NCBI GenBank assembly: GCA_964348755.1
Contig: CAYGDW010000008.1
Span: forward strand, 505 to 64,504
Length of the DNA: 64,000 nucleotides
Reading direction: 5' to 3'
Source of the DNA: an uncultured Bacteroidales bacterium
GTDB lineage: Bacteria > Bacteroidota > Bacteroidia > Bacteroidales > UBA7960
This document shows, piece by piece, positions 1-9,895 of this stretch. The position numbers were made by a program, and so were the translations under genes. Each line of letters starts with the position of its first letter. Within the stretch, counting starts at the first letter, position 1. Under the pieces are notes generated by a model that saw only the letters and a program-made list of their open reading frames with translations, made no database searches and was not told the origin of the DNA.

Positions 1-864
1 TTGCGTCAGTATTGGGTTTCCGGAGTAGGTATCGTAAGGGCCCCATATATTTTTGCTTCGGAATATCACCTGAGAGTGGTTTATGGAAGTTCCGCCTTCG
101 GCAGCCAGCAGGTAGTAATATCCGTGGAGTTTGTAAATGTGTGGGCCTTCGATCCATATTGGCTTTTGGCTAAGGTCGTGCCCGCCATCGCGCAGAACAA
201 CACGCGGACCAAAGGTTGTATTGGTTTTCACGTCAAACTCTTGCATCCAGGTTGCTTTATGCCCTTCGTATAGGGGTGGGTAGGCCGGATCCTGGTTGTT
301 TAGCAGGTACGCACGGCCATCGTCGTCAAAAAACAGCGAGGGGTCAATGCCGGGCACTTCGGGCAGCCACACCGGGTTGCTCCAGGGGCCAGCCGGGTCT
401 TTGGCCGTTACCACAAAGTTGCCTCCACCTCCAACATAGGTGGTGGTAAGGTAAAACAGGTCGTTGTGCGGGTTGTAGGCAATGGCTGGCGCAAAAATGC
501 CCCACGACACAGGTTGATTGGTGTTTATGAACTGTTCGGGCCTGTGGAGTACATGGCCAATTTGCTGCCAGTTTACCAGATCATTGCTATGAAATACGGG
601 AATACCGGGAAAAAAAGAAAATGTAGAGTTTACCAGATAATAATCGTTTCCTTTTCGGCAAATGCTCGGATCGGGAAAAAAGCCCGACAGTATGGGGTTG
701 TAGAACTGGCCATCGCCAAGCGGGTTTTCGTTAAAGAAATTATCGTTGCCGATGTATTTCACATATTCAAAAAAGGCCTTTCCTTCTTTAATATTTACCT
801 TTTGAGGTTCGGTACAGGCCCAGGCCACACTTATTATTAGAGCAATAAGGAGTAACTTTTTCAT
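1..864 (-). CDS. GH43 glycoside hydrolase (beta-xylosidase/alpha-L-arabinofuranosidase type), lipoprotein; C-terminus lies beyond the window edge
   Basis: Absent from the ORF track because it has no stop in the window. Reverse complement from ATG at 864-862 reads MKKLLLIALIISVAWACTEPQ..., then NPILSGFFPDPSICRKGNDYYLVNSTFSFFPGIPVFHSNDLVNWQQIGHVL and WGIFAPAIAYN, which are typical GH43 N-terminal blades. It stays open in frame to base 1 (288 codons). The listed + strand ORFs at 1-840 are antisense shadows. Confidence 0.85.
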   Translation of the reverse strand, partial: MKKLLLIALIISVAWACTEPQKVNIKEGKAFFEYVKYIGNDNFFNENPLGDGQFYNPILSGFFPDPSICRKGNDYYLVNSTFSFFPGIPVFHSNDLVNWQQIGHVLHRPEQFINTNQPVSWGIFAPAIAYNPHNDLFYLTTTYVGGGGNFVVTAKDPAGPWSNPVWLPEVPGIDPSLFFDDDGRAYLLNNQDPAYPPLYEGHKATWMQEFDVKTNTTFGPRVVLRDGGHDLSQKPIWIEGPHIYKLHGYYYLLAAEGGTSINHSQVIFRSKNIWGPYDTYSGNPILTQ

Positions 865-891
865 TTTCAATAATTTTTAGGTTAAGATATT

Positions 892-1860
892 TTACAGCAA
901 GCCATCAATGGTTTTAATGGTTCCGTCGGGGGCTAATTCGAGTTCAATTACCTTTATGCTCCTCAGCCATGTTTTTCCGCCAGAGCGCACGCTGTCGTGA
1001 TAAAACAGGTACCATTTTCCTTTGAATTCGCAAATTGAATGGTGTGTGGTCCAACCTACTACCGGAGTAAGGATTTTACCTTTGTATGTGAAGGGGCCGT
1101 ATGGGTTATCGCCTTCGGCATAGCAAAGAAAGTGCGTATTTCCTGTAGAATAGGAAAAATAATATTTGCCATTATACTTGTGCATCCAAGGGCCTTCAAA
1201 ATAACGCCGGTCATGGTCTTCCGCCCTGAGGGGCATGCCATTCTCGTCGAGAATAATCACATCAATTGGTTCTTGGTCAAATTGAAGCATATCGGGTGAC
1301 AAACGTGCAACTTTTGCACAAAGTGCAGGCTCATTGTCGGCGGGTTCGTGCCCACATTCTATGGCTTTATTGTTTCGGTATCGCTGGAGCTGGCCGCCCC
1401 AAAGGCCACCAAAGTACATAAAAAACTGACCATCGCCGCTGTCGAAAACAGCAGGGTCGATACTGTAACTACCCTTTATTGGGTCGGTTTGCGGCACAAA
1501 AGGCCCTTCAGGTTTGTTGCTTATGGCTACCCCAATTCTGAAAATATCGTTTTTATCCTTGAGGGGAAAATAGAGATAGTACTTTCCATCCTTAAAAGCG
1601 GCATCGGGCGCCCAAAGTTGGCGCCCTGCCCAGGGTATATCCTTTACAGAAAGAACAACCCCATGGTCGGTAACCGGGCCATTAATATCGTCCAAAGAAT
1701 ACACGTGATAGTCGCGCATATCGAAATGGTCTCCAAGGTCGTTTTCAGGAATACCGGCATCCACATCGTGCGAAGGGTATAAGTAAATACGGCCATTGAA
1801 AACATGGGCTGATGGATCGGCCGAGTAAAGGTCTTCGACTAAATATCTGGGTTTTTTCAT
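892..1860 (-). CDS. GH43 xylosidase/arabinofuranosidase, about 322 aa, no signal peptide (cytoplasmic)
   Basis: Begins MKKPRYLVEDLYSADPSAHVFNGRIYLYPSHD and contains WAPDAAFKDGKYYLYF and YFEGPWMHKYNGKYYFSYS. This is the small single-domain GH43 type, like the Bacteroides Xsa xylosidase/arabinosidase. Confidence 0.88.
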   Translation of the reverse strand: MKKPRYLVEDLYSADPSAHVFNGRIYLYPSHDVDAGIPENDLGDHFDMRDYHVYSLDDINGPVTDHGVVLSVKDIPWAGRQLWAPDAAFKDGKYYLYFPLKDKNDIFRIGVAISNKPEGPFVPQTDPIKGSYSIDPAVFDSGDGQFFMYFGGLWGGQLQRYRNNKAIECGHEPADNEPALCAKVARLSPDMLQFDQEPIDVIILDENGMPLRAEDHDRRYFEGPWMHKYNGKYYFSYSTGNTHFLCYAEGDNPYGPFTYKGKILTPVVGWTTHHSICEFKGKWYLFYHDSVRSGGKTWLRSIKVIELELAPDGTIKTIDGLL

Positions 1861-1895
1861 ATTTAATTTTTTAATGGTTTATGCTTTTAACAACA

Positions 1896-3041
1896 CTATT
1901 GGCGTTTTGCATCGAGTGCATCGTTTATAATTGTTTGGACAATGGGCTTGGGCTGAAGGTTTCGGTCGAAAAGCAGCGGAAAATCGGTACGTCCACGAAT
2001 AGGCCAGTAATTGAGCCACGATTGACCATCGTGCAAGCCCCACATGGTTACCCTGTGCAACTTATCATGATGTTTTAGGAAAAGTCTGAAAAAATCGCGG
2101 TAGCGGTTGTGAAGTTTGGTGGCAACAGAATCGGGAAGGCCGTGGGCATAAGGGTTTAACTCAGGAAAGTACTCCAGGCTGAAGTTTACGTCGGCGGTGA
2201 GGACTTCGCCAGGCCTGGGCAGGGTTGTAATATCCAATTCGGTTACCATTACATCCACTCCAAGCTCGTGAAAGGCTATAATGCTTTTTTCAAATTCTTC
2301 GATTGGCGGAAACTCAAGATGTTCGTGGCCTTGAATACCAACTCCATGAATGGGAATGCCTTTTTCCTGAAGAATTTTTACCAATCGAACGGCTCCATCC
2401 CTTTTTGCAGGTTTGGCCAGGTTATAGTCGTTGTAATACAGCCGTGCTGCGGGATCAGCCTCGTGAGCAAATTTAAATGCAAGTTCAAAATACTCGGGGC
2501 CAATAATCTGGTAAAACTTGCTTGGCCGCCATGAGCCATCTTCCAGGATTGCCTCATTTACCACATCCCATGACTGTACCCTGCCTTTATACCTACCTAC
2601 CACTGCTTTTATATGGGTGCGCATCCTTTCAATTAACACTTCGCGCGAAACATCATTGCCATTGGCATCGACAAAAAACCAGGCCGGTGCCTGCGAATGC
2701 CAGATAAGGGTGTGGCCAACCATATACATATTGTTATTAACCCCAAGCTCAACAAACTTGTCGGCATAGGTAAAATCGAACTGGCCTTCGGCTGGCTGAA
2801 TAACTTCACTTTTCATGATGTTTTCGGCAGTAATGGAGTTAAAGTGATTCAACACGATACTTTGAGCTGCCGAATCCGAGCCATCAATCTGCTCGCTGTT
2901 TATTGCCACCCCAAAGTAGAAAAAATCTTTGAATGCGTTTTGAAGGGTAGGCTCTGAAACTTGTTTTGGTGAGCAGGCATTTAAAAAACCTGCTAAAATC
3001 ACACCAACTGTAATTGAACTGAATTTTAAAAAACTTTTCAT
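1896..3041 (-). CDS. GH10 endo-1,4-beta-xylanase, lipoprotein
   Basis: Contains FNSITAENIMKSE, GHTLIWHSQAPAWF, WDVVNEA (acid/base Glu) and VTELDI (nucleophile Glu). The signal peptide carries a Cys (LNACSPK). Confidence 0.93.
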   Translation of the reverse strand: MKSFLKFSSITVGVILAGFLNACSPKQVSEPTLQNAFKDFFYFGVAINSEQIDGSDSAAQSIVLNHFNSITAENIMKSEVIQPAEGQFDFTYADKFVELGVNNNMYMVGHTLIWHSQAPAWFFVDANGNDVSREVLIERMRTHIKAVVGRYKGRVQSWDVVNEAILEDGSWRPSKFYQIIGPEYFELAFKFAHEADPAARLYYNDYNLAKPAKRDGAVRLVKILQEKGIPIHGVGIQGHEHLEFPPIEEFEKSIIAFHELGVDVMVTELDITTLPRPGEVLTADVNFSLEYFPELNPYAHGLPDSVATKLHNRYRDFFRLFLKHHDKLHRVTMWGLHDGQSWLNYWPIRGRTDFPLLFDRNLQPKPIVQTIINDALDAKRQ

Positions 3042-3230
3042 CCGTAAATAATTTTTAAATTAAGGTCGGATGGAACTCGCATGATGAATTTTCATCCTTG
3101 TTTGTGTTTTACGAATCATGCTCGTTTCATCCGTAAATAAATTTTTAAGTTAAGGTTGGATGGAAAACCATGTTTGTTATTTTTTTTGGTGTTTGTGTTT
3201 AATCCGCAAACATGTTCGTTTCATCTGTTT
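3036..3230. repeat. Degenerate tandem duplication of about 89-94 bp, two units plus the start of a third
   Basis: TTTCATCCGTAAATA(A)ATTTTTAA(A/G)TTAAGGT(C/T)GGATGGAA starts at 3036 and again at 3125. A third TTTCATCTGTTTAC starts at 3219. GTTTGTGTTT and CATG(C/T)TCG recur within the units. The first unit includes the GH10 start codon (3041-3039). Confidence 0.75.
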
Positions 3231-3263
3231 ACAAAATTGATATAAATTCGTTGCCCTGAGGTA

Positions 3264-4736
3264 TTACGAGTTTGAGGCTCTGCGTTCCTGAAGTTCTTTT
3301 TCTATTAGCGATTCGGTATTCTTGTCTATTTCATAAAAGAAAAGGCAAACCACCCCCATCATAAAGGTCAGAAACGGAATTACACTCACTGCCAATTTTA
3401 TACCCTGCACGGTATTTTCGGTCTGTACTTCGAGCCCACCCTGGTAACCCACGGTAGCCAGGATTCCGGCCACAAGCGATCCGCCAATGCTCAGACCGCT
3501 TTTTAATCCGAACAGCATGGCTGAAAAAATAATGGCAGTTGCCCTTCGGTTGTTTTTCCATTCGGAATAATCGGCCACATCGGCTATCATGGCCCAAAGC
3601 AAAGGTATTGTAAGGCCATAAAAGAAACCATGCAACAATTGGCTGATTACTACCAATGCAACCATTTGGGCGGGGATAAAGAAAAATGCCAACACAAAAA
3701 GAGCCGACAGGAAAAGTGCGATACGAAATACATCACGTTTCCCAAACCGATCGGCCAAGCCTTTTGAGAATGAAATACCAATAATCATCATAATAATTCC
3801 CACGGCATTAAACAGACTGAAGCCAGATGTGGAAGGGTCTTGGGGCCATTGAAACCCTGTAAGCCCAATTCCGACAAAAAAGTTGTTAAGGTTTTCTATA
3901 AAACTATTGAAACCGATGGCACTAAGGAAAGTGGCCAGGTTAGCATCGCCCAGATAATTTTCGAAGTAATAAACCAGCATCCCTCCCCTGAGCGATAGCG
4001 TGATAAAAAGAAATACTGTAAGAGTTAGAACGGCAATCCAGGGTTTGTTTTTTACCAGGTCGCGCAAATCGTCGCTAACTTTTGTTTTTTGTTGAGCTGG
4101 TGGCAAAATTCGTTCGCGGGTTGTAAGAAAGGTGATAATAAAAAACACGATTCCCACGGAAGCAAAAATCCCCATGACTTTTTCAAAACCAACAGTTTGG
4201 TCGCCACCACCCAGAATAAGCACCAATGGGAGCAACAATACCTGAACTACAAATTGTGCAACCATTACCGCCGTAAACCGATAGGATGAAATGCTGTTTC
4301 GCTCGGCCATATTGCCGGTAATAACGCCACTAAGCGCCGCGTATGGCAGGTTGTTGGCTGTGTAAACCAATACCAGCAGAATGTATGTGATAAGCGCATA
4401 GGCAATTTTACCTCCCTGGCCGAAAAGCGGAGTGCTGAATGCCAGCAGCGCTATAACCCCAAATGGTATTGCTGTCCATAGTATCCAGGGACGGAATTTG
4501 CCCCAACGGGTACTGGTACGGTCGGCAATAATGCCCATAACCGGGGTAAAAAAAGCCCCAACCATGCCACCGGTAAAAATTATTGCCGAAGCAGCAGCAG
4601 CAGGAATTTGATACACATCGGTATAGAAAAATGCAAGGAAAGTCATCAGGGTTTGAAAAATAAGGTTTGCCGATAGGTCGCCGAGGCTGTACCCAATTTT
4701 TTCCAAAACAGTAACCTTCGAAGTTTTTGCTTTCAT
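3264..4736 (-). CDS. Glycoside-pentoside-hexuronide (GPH/MFS) cation symporter, probable xylo-oligosaccharide importer
   Basis: 490 aa and polytopic. The N-terminus EKIGYSLGDLSANLIFQTLMTFLAFFYTDV...GIIADRTSTRWGKFRPWIL is the MelB/XynP-type GPH signature. It sits inside the xylan locus. Confidence 0.88.
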   Translation of the reverse strand: MKAKTSKVTVLEKIGYSLGDLSANLIFQTLMTFLAFFYTDVYQIPAAAASAIIFTGGMVGAFFTPVMGIIADRTSTRWGKFRPWILWTAIPFGVIALLAFSTPLFGQGGKIAYALITYILLVLVYTANNLPYAALSGVITGNMAERNSISSYRFTAVMVAQFVVQVLLLPLVLILGGGDQTVGFEKVMGIFASVGIVFFIITFLTTRERILPPAQQKTKVSDDLRDLVKNKPWIAVLTLTVFLFITLSLRGGMLVYYFENYLGDANLATFLSAIGFNSFIENLNNFFVGIGLTGFQWPQDPSTSGFSLFNAVGIIMMIIGISFSKGLADRFGKRDVFRIALFLSALFVLAFFFIPAQMVALVVISQLLHGFFYGLTIPLLWAMIADVADYSEWKNNRRATAIIFSAMLFGLKSGLSIGGSLVAGILATVGYQGGLEVQTENTVQGIKLAVSVIPFLTFMMGVVCLFFYEIDKNTESLIEKELQERRASNS

Positions 4737-4776
4737 AAGAATATTTAATTAAAATGAGAAAAAATTTGGAGTATCG

Positions 4777-6915
4777 CTAATTATGATGTTGCAAATCAAG
4801 TTTTATTTTTTTAAGCTCTTCGAGGTCGCTGATAGGCCTTTCGAGGTGATAGGGAATTGGCATACCCGAGTAGGTTTGAAAATACAGCATAATGGCATCG
4901 CGCCACCACACGGCTGTACGTATTTGCCTTCGGAGCCTTGATTGCACATGGGTAAACCGCTGATTGTCAATAAAGGGTTCGAGCTTATCCCAGGTTTTTT
5001 GATAGCTGCGTACTGAATCTACACCTTCCTGGTACTTGTGCGCCATTTCAGCCCAAAGTGTGCGTCCGCTATTCATTTTATGGTTCCAAGGCACGCGATG
5101 ATACCAAAGTAAATATTTTTCGGGAACGGTGGCTAAGTTGTTAAATTTTTCGTTGAGCGGATAGTGGTATTGGTCAACTGCGCCGCTTCCGGTTCGGGTT
5201 CTGTCAAAGCCAATCGCCTCAGTAGCTGCCTGGTGGTAATACCGTGGCAGCCAGTCGGGGCGGGCACCCGGCACATAGCACCAAGGCTCGGGTCCATAAT
5301 GGTGCCCCCATGCAAAAAGGTGATGCAGCCCTAAAGGCATCATATAATTGATAACAGTTTCCAGCGACGACATCATTAAATCCTTTACTGGTTTACGGAA
5401 AGCCGGATTGTGAGTAAAAGTCATACGTATCCATTCATCGGCAATTTCGTCGGCACTCAGTTGGTGGTTCCAAGCCTGCCGGCCGAAGGCGTACCAGTTT
5501 GCCTGTGCAAAATGGTGGCCGGTCCAGTTGGAATCGCGCCCAATATTGGCCACACCAGCAATACCGTTTAGGCGGTTTGGCAGAAGTGTGCCGTCAGTCA
5601 TTTTGGCCACAGTAGAGCCCTGTCCAAAAGCCCAGGTATCAGCCCTTAGCATTTCTTCATTTTGCGTGCCGAGGTAAACCAGGTGGTCAGAAAAACCGGT
5701 ATATTCCTGGGTAATTTGTACCTCAACCAACAGAGCAGTTTTTTTGAGTGCTCCGAAAATGGGGCTAAATGGCTCGCGAGGCTGAAAATCGACAGGGCCT
5801 GATTTTGCCTGAATGATAACATTTTGGTGATATTGACCATCGTATGGCACAAATTCAAGGTAGGCCTCTTTGGCACGGTCAACCCCTTCGGGTTCATAAA
5901 CAAAGGCGCGCCAAATTACAATGCCATTATAAGGATTAAGCGCCTCGGCCAGCATATTTGCACCCTCAACGTGGCTGCGGCCATAATCGAGCGGACCGGG
6001 CTGCCCCTCAGAATTTGCCTTTACCAAAAACCCTCCAAAATCAGGGATCAACTGGTAAATTTCATTGGCTTTAGATTTCCACCAGTTGCGTACCTCTGGC
6101 AGCAAAGGATCGGCCGAGGGCAACCCATCGAGAACCATTGGCGAGGCAAAGTTTATTGATAAAAACATTCTTACTCCATAGGGTCTGAATATATCGGCAA
6201 GGGTTTTAACCTTTAAAAGGTAATCGCGGCTTAGTATCTGCGGGTCGGCATTGACATTATTGGGGGTCATGGCATTGATACCCACTGAAGCATTGGCCCG
6301 GGCATATTGGGCGTATCGTGGCGAAATTTTTGATGGCACCTCATTCCACATCCACAATGAGTGGCCGGCATACCCTCTTTCAATGGTCCCGTTCAGGTTG
6401 TCCCAGTGGTTGAGCATGCGAAGATCGAACTTTGGTTCGCTCACTACCGAATAGGTGGCAGAAAACTGCTCGGTTTGAATGGCCCTGATAAGACCGAAAA
6501 CTCCATAGAGCACACCTACCGGAGTTGGCGAAGCAATTACCAGCATAGAACGGTTGTTTCTTACAATGGGTCTAATAATATATCCATCGCGGTGTAGTTT
6601 GGAAAGTTCGGATCTAAGCCCGAGCTGATTGGCAATGCGGCTACCACCTGTTGCAAGCACAATGGTTTGGCTGGCAGGCCTGGTTGTGTGCCTTAACTCA
6701 TTACCAGTAAACCCTTTTATGGCCTGCTGAAGTTCTTCTGCCGCCAGTTTAAGGCTGGGGTTGCTTAAGTCGGCATTTACATTTAGTAAGGTTTGCGAAA
6801 CCAAAGTCCTCATTGGGTCGCTCACAGGTTCGTAGCGAAGCCACAACCGGCTGCCATCTTCGGCCCGGGCCACAAATGCCATCATTAACAGCAAGGCAAT
6901 TGTTGTTTTTTTCAT
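4777..6915 (-). CDS. aguA: GH67 alpha-glucuronidase
   Basis: 712 aa. The signal peptide is followed by EDGSRLWLRYEPV, the canonical GH67 N-terminus. Length and xylan context fit. Confidence 0.9.
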   Translation of the reverse strand: MKKTTIALLLMMAFVARAEDGSRLWLRYEPVSDPMRTLVSQTLLNVNADLSNPSLKLAAEELQQAIKGFTGNELRHTTRPASQTIVLATGGSRIANQLGLRSELSKLHRDGYIIRPIVRNNRSMLVIASPTPVGVLYGVFGLIRAIQTEQFSATYSVVSEPKFDLRMLNHWDNLNGTIERGYAGHSLWMWNEVPSKISPRYAQYARANASVGINAMTPNNVNADPQILSRDYLLKVKTLADIFRPYGVRMFLSINFASPMVLDGLPSADPLLPEVRNWWKSKANEIYQLIPDFGGFLVKANSEGQPGPLDYGRSHVEGANMLAEALNPYNGIVIWRAFVYEPEGVDRAKEAYLEFVPYDGQYHQNVIIQAKSGPVDFQPREPFSPIFGALKKTALLVEVQITQEYTGFSDHLVYLGTQNEEMLRADTWAFGQGSTVAKMTDGTLLPNRLNGIAGVANIGRDSNWTGHHFAQANWYAFGRQAWNHQLSADEIADEWIRMTFTHNPAFRKPVKDLMMSSLETVINYMMPLGLHHLFAWGHHYGPEPWCYVPGARPDWLPRYYHQAATEAIGFDRTRTGSGAVDQYHYPLNEKFNNLATVPEKYLLWYHRVPWNHKMNSGRTLWAEMAHKYQEGVDSVRSYQKTWDKLEPFIDNQRFTHVQSRLRRQIRTAVWWRDAIMLYFQTYSGMPIPYHLERPISDLEELKKIKLDLQHHN

Positions 6916-7116
6916 TGATATATAGGTTTTTTAGTGAATATTCAGATTGGTTGCCATTTATAATTTATAAAGGATTGCCATGCGCCAAGTTGCCAGGAAC
7001 TAAATTTAAGCCTGTTTGTCAATGCTTTGTATCGCCGGCATTAATATTAATAACAAAAGATTAATAAGCCGGCAAATTTCAATTTAACAATTATCCAAGG
7101 TTGTAATTAAAAGGTT

Positions 7117-7172
7117 TAATAAAAATGGGGTCAACAATAACCTGCTTAAAACCAGCAAAAAGTTGACCCCAT
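7117..7172 (-). terminator. Rho-independent terminator candidate downstream of GH115
   Basis: An 11-bp perfect inverted repeat, ATGGGGTCAAC (7125-7135) and GTTGACCCCAT (7162-7172). On the minus strand it is followed immediately by TTTTTATT (plus-strand AATAAAAA at 7117-7124). Confidence 0.6.
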
Positions 7173-7197
7173 AACTCCCAAACCAACCAAAACATAA

Positions 7198-9756
7198 CTA
7201 AATACTTTCCCGTTTTACGCGAATGCTCTCAGGAGCACCGAGATATGATGGCTTTAGGCCGCCTGTATCTATCAGAATTTTCTGCAACACTATGCCAGGA
7301 TCCAGCACCCTGAAGCGTAGTGTATTCAAACCAGTTTGCGAAATGGTATGCCGTGTGGTTGTAATATTAATACTGTTGGCCTGCCACTGTTCCATAAGGT
7401 TCATGTCAAAGGTCTGGTTAAAATTAACTACTTGTTCAGGCCCACCATTAAACGATACCGCATATCGCAACCCGCGATTACGGTTAAAATTGAGCGTTGG
7501 CGAGACCATGACACTTACCTGAAAATCTCCGGTGGTTTCGAACCATATATCATATTCAAGATAAACCACATCCTGGGGTTGTGGATAAATATTTGAAGGA
7601 ATAGTAGTAACAGCCGATAAGGTTTTGCCCATTTGAGGAATTATTTGCCAGCCGATATTACCAGGATTGTTTTTCCTATTAAAATGCTCGGCTTCAATAG
7701 AAACAAACCCATTTGCTTCTTTAAACATGAGCTCAGCCTTGTTGGGCACTGGCGTGTTTACCCTAATCAATTGAGGCATAACCCTTTGGCGTGGTTGTTG
7801 CCAATAAGTATAGCCAATTCTTATCTGATCCATCATGTGAGGCCATTTGCCACCGGCAATTACCTGGTTGTAATGTATTGTAAGCAACGAATCGTGTATA
7901 AAGTGCTGCAAGGCCTTGTCGGCCCAATAGTTTGCCTCGGGGTTGTTATTTCGGGCCAGGTAGCGGTTTTTTGCCACTGCAAAGTACATTTCGTAAAGGT
8001 TTGCCATACCTTGTATTGGAAACAATACCAATTGGTCAAATGCATCGCGGTATTTTGCCGGCATTAGATAATGTACCCTGAAGGCTTCGATCAGCAGTTG
8101 CCTGTAGTCGTTGGTAACTTTTTCAAATTCATTGTAATTGTTGAGGCTGTATGTATCGGCATAGAGCAACTCTGGTGTAACCCTGCTGTTGTATTTTGAA
8201 TAGGTATTGATAAGCCTGGCCGATTCGTGGGCAAAGTGGCCATCAAACTGTTCATTGGTAAATGCCAGGGTATGTTCAGCAAGGTTGTTGGCATTAAACT
8301 TTTCGGGGTTCCATGCCATATCCAGAAAAAAGGTAATGGGGTATTCCATGGGTTTAATATCGCCCACATTAACCAGCCAAAGCCTATCAACTCCATGCCC
8401 CCAGGCAAGGTTCATTTGCTCCCATATACGTTGTATTTGTCTTACATTAAGCCATTTATAGTTTCGTGGGCCGCCAACATAATCGAAATGATAATACATA
8501 CCAAAGCCTCCGCTACGTGGTGGTGCGGCAGGGTCGGGCAACATTCTTATATTACCCCAGTTGTCGTTGGCATAAAGTATCATAACATCGTCGGGCACTC
8601 GCATTCCACGTTCGTAGTAATATTGTACTTCTTTATAGAGTGCCCATACCTGTGGTGTTTCGCTGGCTGGGCGTCCGGTGGTTTCGGCAATTATGCGGCG
8701 CTGGTCGCGGACAATACGTTCAAGCAGGTCAATCATTACATTGTCGGCCATGGGCTCGTCGCCATCGCCTCGCATTCCGAGGGTAACTATGGTTTCGAAG
8801 TTCTTTTTGCGCTCAAAGCCAGTGCGCCAGAAATCGCGAAGGGTTCGCCCATTTTTGGTATAGTTCCAAGGGCCACTTCCGTAGCGCGACCACTCTACAT
8901 GGGCCCTTCCCATTGGTTCGTGGTGGCTGGTTCCGATTACAATACCCATTTCGTGAGCAAGGGCACCATTGTGAGGGCAATCATCGAAAAAAGCATTGCC
9001 CCACATGGCAGGCCAAATAAAGTTGCCTTTCAACCGCAGCATAAGCTCAAATACCTTTTCATAGAACTTATGATTAAAACCTCCGAAGGTTGCCATGCTC
9101 CAACCAGACAAGGCAGGGGCTTCGTTATTTATAAAAATACCCCTGAGCCTAACTTTTGGTTCTTCAGTAACATACCTTCCAGGTTTTAAATAAATGGTTT
9201 CTTTTGGGGCAACTGGCACATCGGCCCACCAATACCATGGAGATACACCCAGGTTTCTCGACAGGTCCAATATACCATAAAAGGTGCCACGCTTGTCGAT
9301 GCCGGCAATTACAAATGCCCTTTCAATGCCAGGCATTGGGTTGTTTACCACCTGCTTCAGGTATATTTCACGCCTTCCAACCAGGTCAGTAACACTTATC
9401 TTTCGGCTGAGCACCAACTCGTCGATGATTGAAGATTGTCCGATGGTTCCGGCAATTATAACATTGGCATGCCCCGAAACTGAACCAGTGTAGATTTCAG
9501 GTTTTATGCCGGTAATATTAAAAATGTCGTTTTGAAAATAGCCTGCCATCCTGGCAACGCCAGGGTGGTCGTTTTCCGCAATAAGAATTGGGGCTACCAG
9601 CCCTCCTTCGGCCAAAACAAAGCACTCTAAAGTTTTAGACTGGCTAAGATATCCGGCATGTGTCTGACCGGGTATATTTGTATGAATTAATGAATTGGAA
9701 CCAAGCCTGTTGATATACGAAAAAACTACAAGTAAGCCAAGAAGTAAATATTTCAT
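7198..9756 (-). CDS. GH115 xylan alpha-1,2-glucuronidase
   Basis: 852 aa. N-terminal FVLAEGGLVAPILIAENDHPGVARMAGYFQNDIFNITG and the overall length are typical of GH115. It is adjacent to GH10 and GH67. Confidence 0.85.
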   Translation of the reverse strand: MKYLLLGLLVVFSYINRLGSNSLIHTNIPGQTHAGYLSQSKTLECFVLAEGGLVAPILIAENDHPGVARMAGYFQNDIFNITGIKPEIYTGSVSGHANVIIAGTIGQSSIIDELVLSRKISVTDLVGRREIYLKQVVNNPMPGIERAFVIAGIDKRGTFYGILDLSRNLGVSPWYWWADVPVAPKETIYLKPGRYVTEEPKVRLRGIFINNEAPALSGWSMATFGGFNHKFYEKVFELMLRLKGNFIWPAMWGNAFFDDCPHNGALAHEMGIVIGTSHHEPMGRAHVEWSRYGSGPWNYTKNGRTLRDFWRTGFERKKNFETIVTLGMRGDGDEPMADNVMIDLLERIVRDQRRIIAETTGRPASETPQVWALYKEVQYYYERGMRVPDDVMILYANDNWGNIRMLPDPAAPPRSGGFGMYYHFDYVGGPRNYKWLNVRQIQRIWEQMNLAWGHGVDRLWLVNVGDIKPMEYPITFFLDMAWNPEKFNANNLAEHTLAFTNEQFDGHFAHESARLINTYSKYNSRVTPELLYADTYSLNNYNEFEKVTNDYRQLLIEAFRVHYLMPAKYRDAFDQLVLFPIQGMANLYEMYFAVAKNRYLARNNNPEANYWADKALQHFIHDSLLTIHYNQVIAGGKWPHMMDQIRIGYTYWQQPRQRVMPQLIRVNTPVPNKAELMFKEANGFVSIEAEHFNRKNNPGNIGWQIIPQMGKTLSAVTTIPSNIYPQPQDVVYLEYDIWFETTGDFQVSVMVSPTLNFNRNRGLRYAVSFNGGPEQVVNFNQTFDMNLMEQWQANSINITTTRHTISQTGLNTLRFRVLDPGIVLQKILIDTGGLKPSYLGAPESIRVKRESI

Positions 9757-9895
9757 AGTTTCAGAAATATATTTTAGATTTTTAAATTACTTTGAATTAT
9801 TCCTAAACCCGGCACTCAAAATGTTAATGCTTTAGATGGCTTGTTTCAAAATATTGATTTGATTAAAAACACTTTATCAACAGCCAAAACATGAC

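Noticed and set aside
1-840. Three + strand ORFs (1-273, 216-449, 466-840) from the ORF track
   Set aside because: Their translations are low-complexity and Arg/Gly/Cys-rich with no recognisable motifs. The opposite strand encodes an unmistakable GH43 open through the whole interval. They are shadow ORFs.
8227-9189. 320-aa + strand ORF, plus neighbours at 7633-8067 and 8207-8461
   Set aside because: They are entirely antisense to the GH115 gene, whose translation is clearly enzyme-like. The + strand products show no domain signatures.
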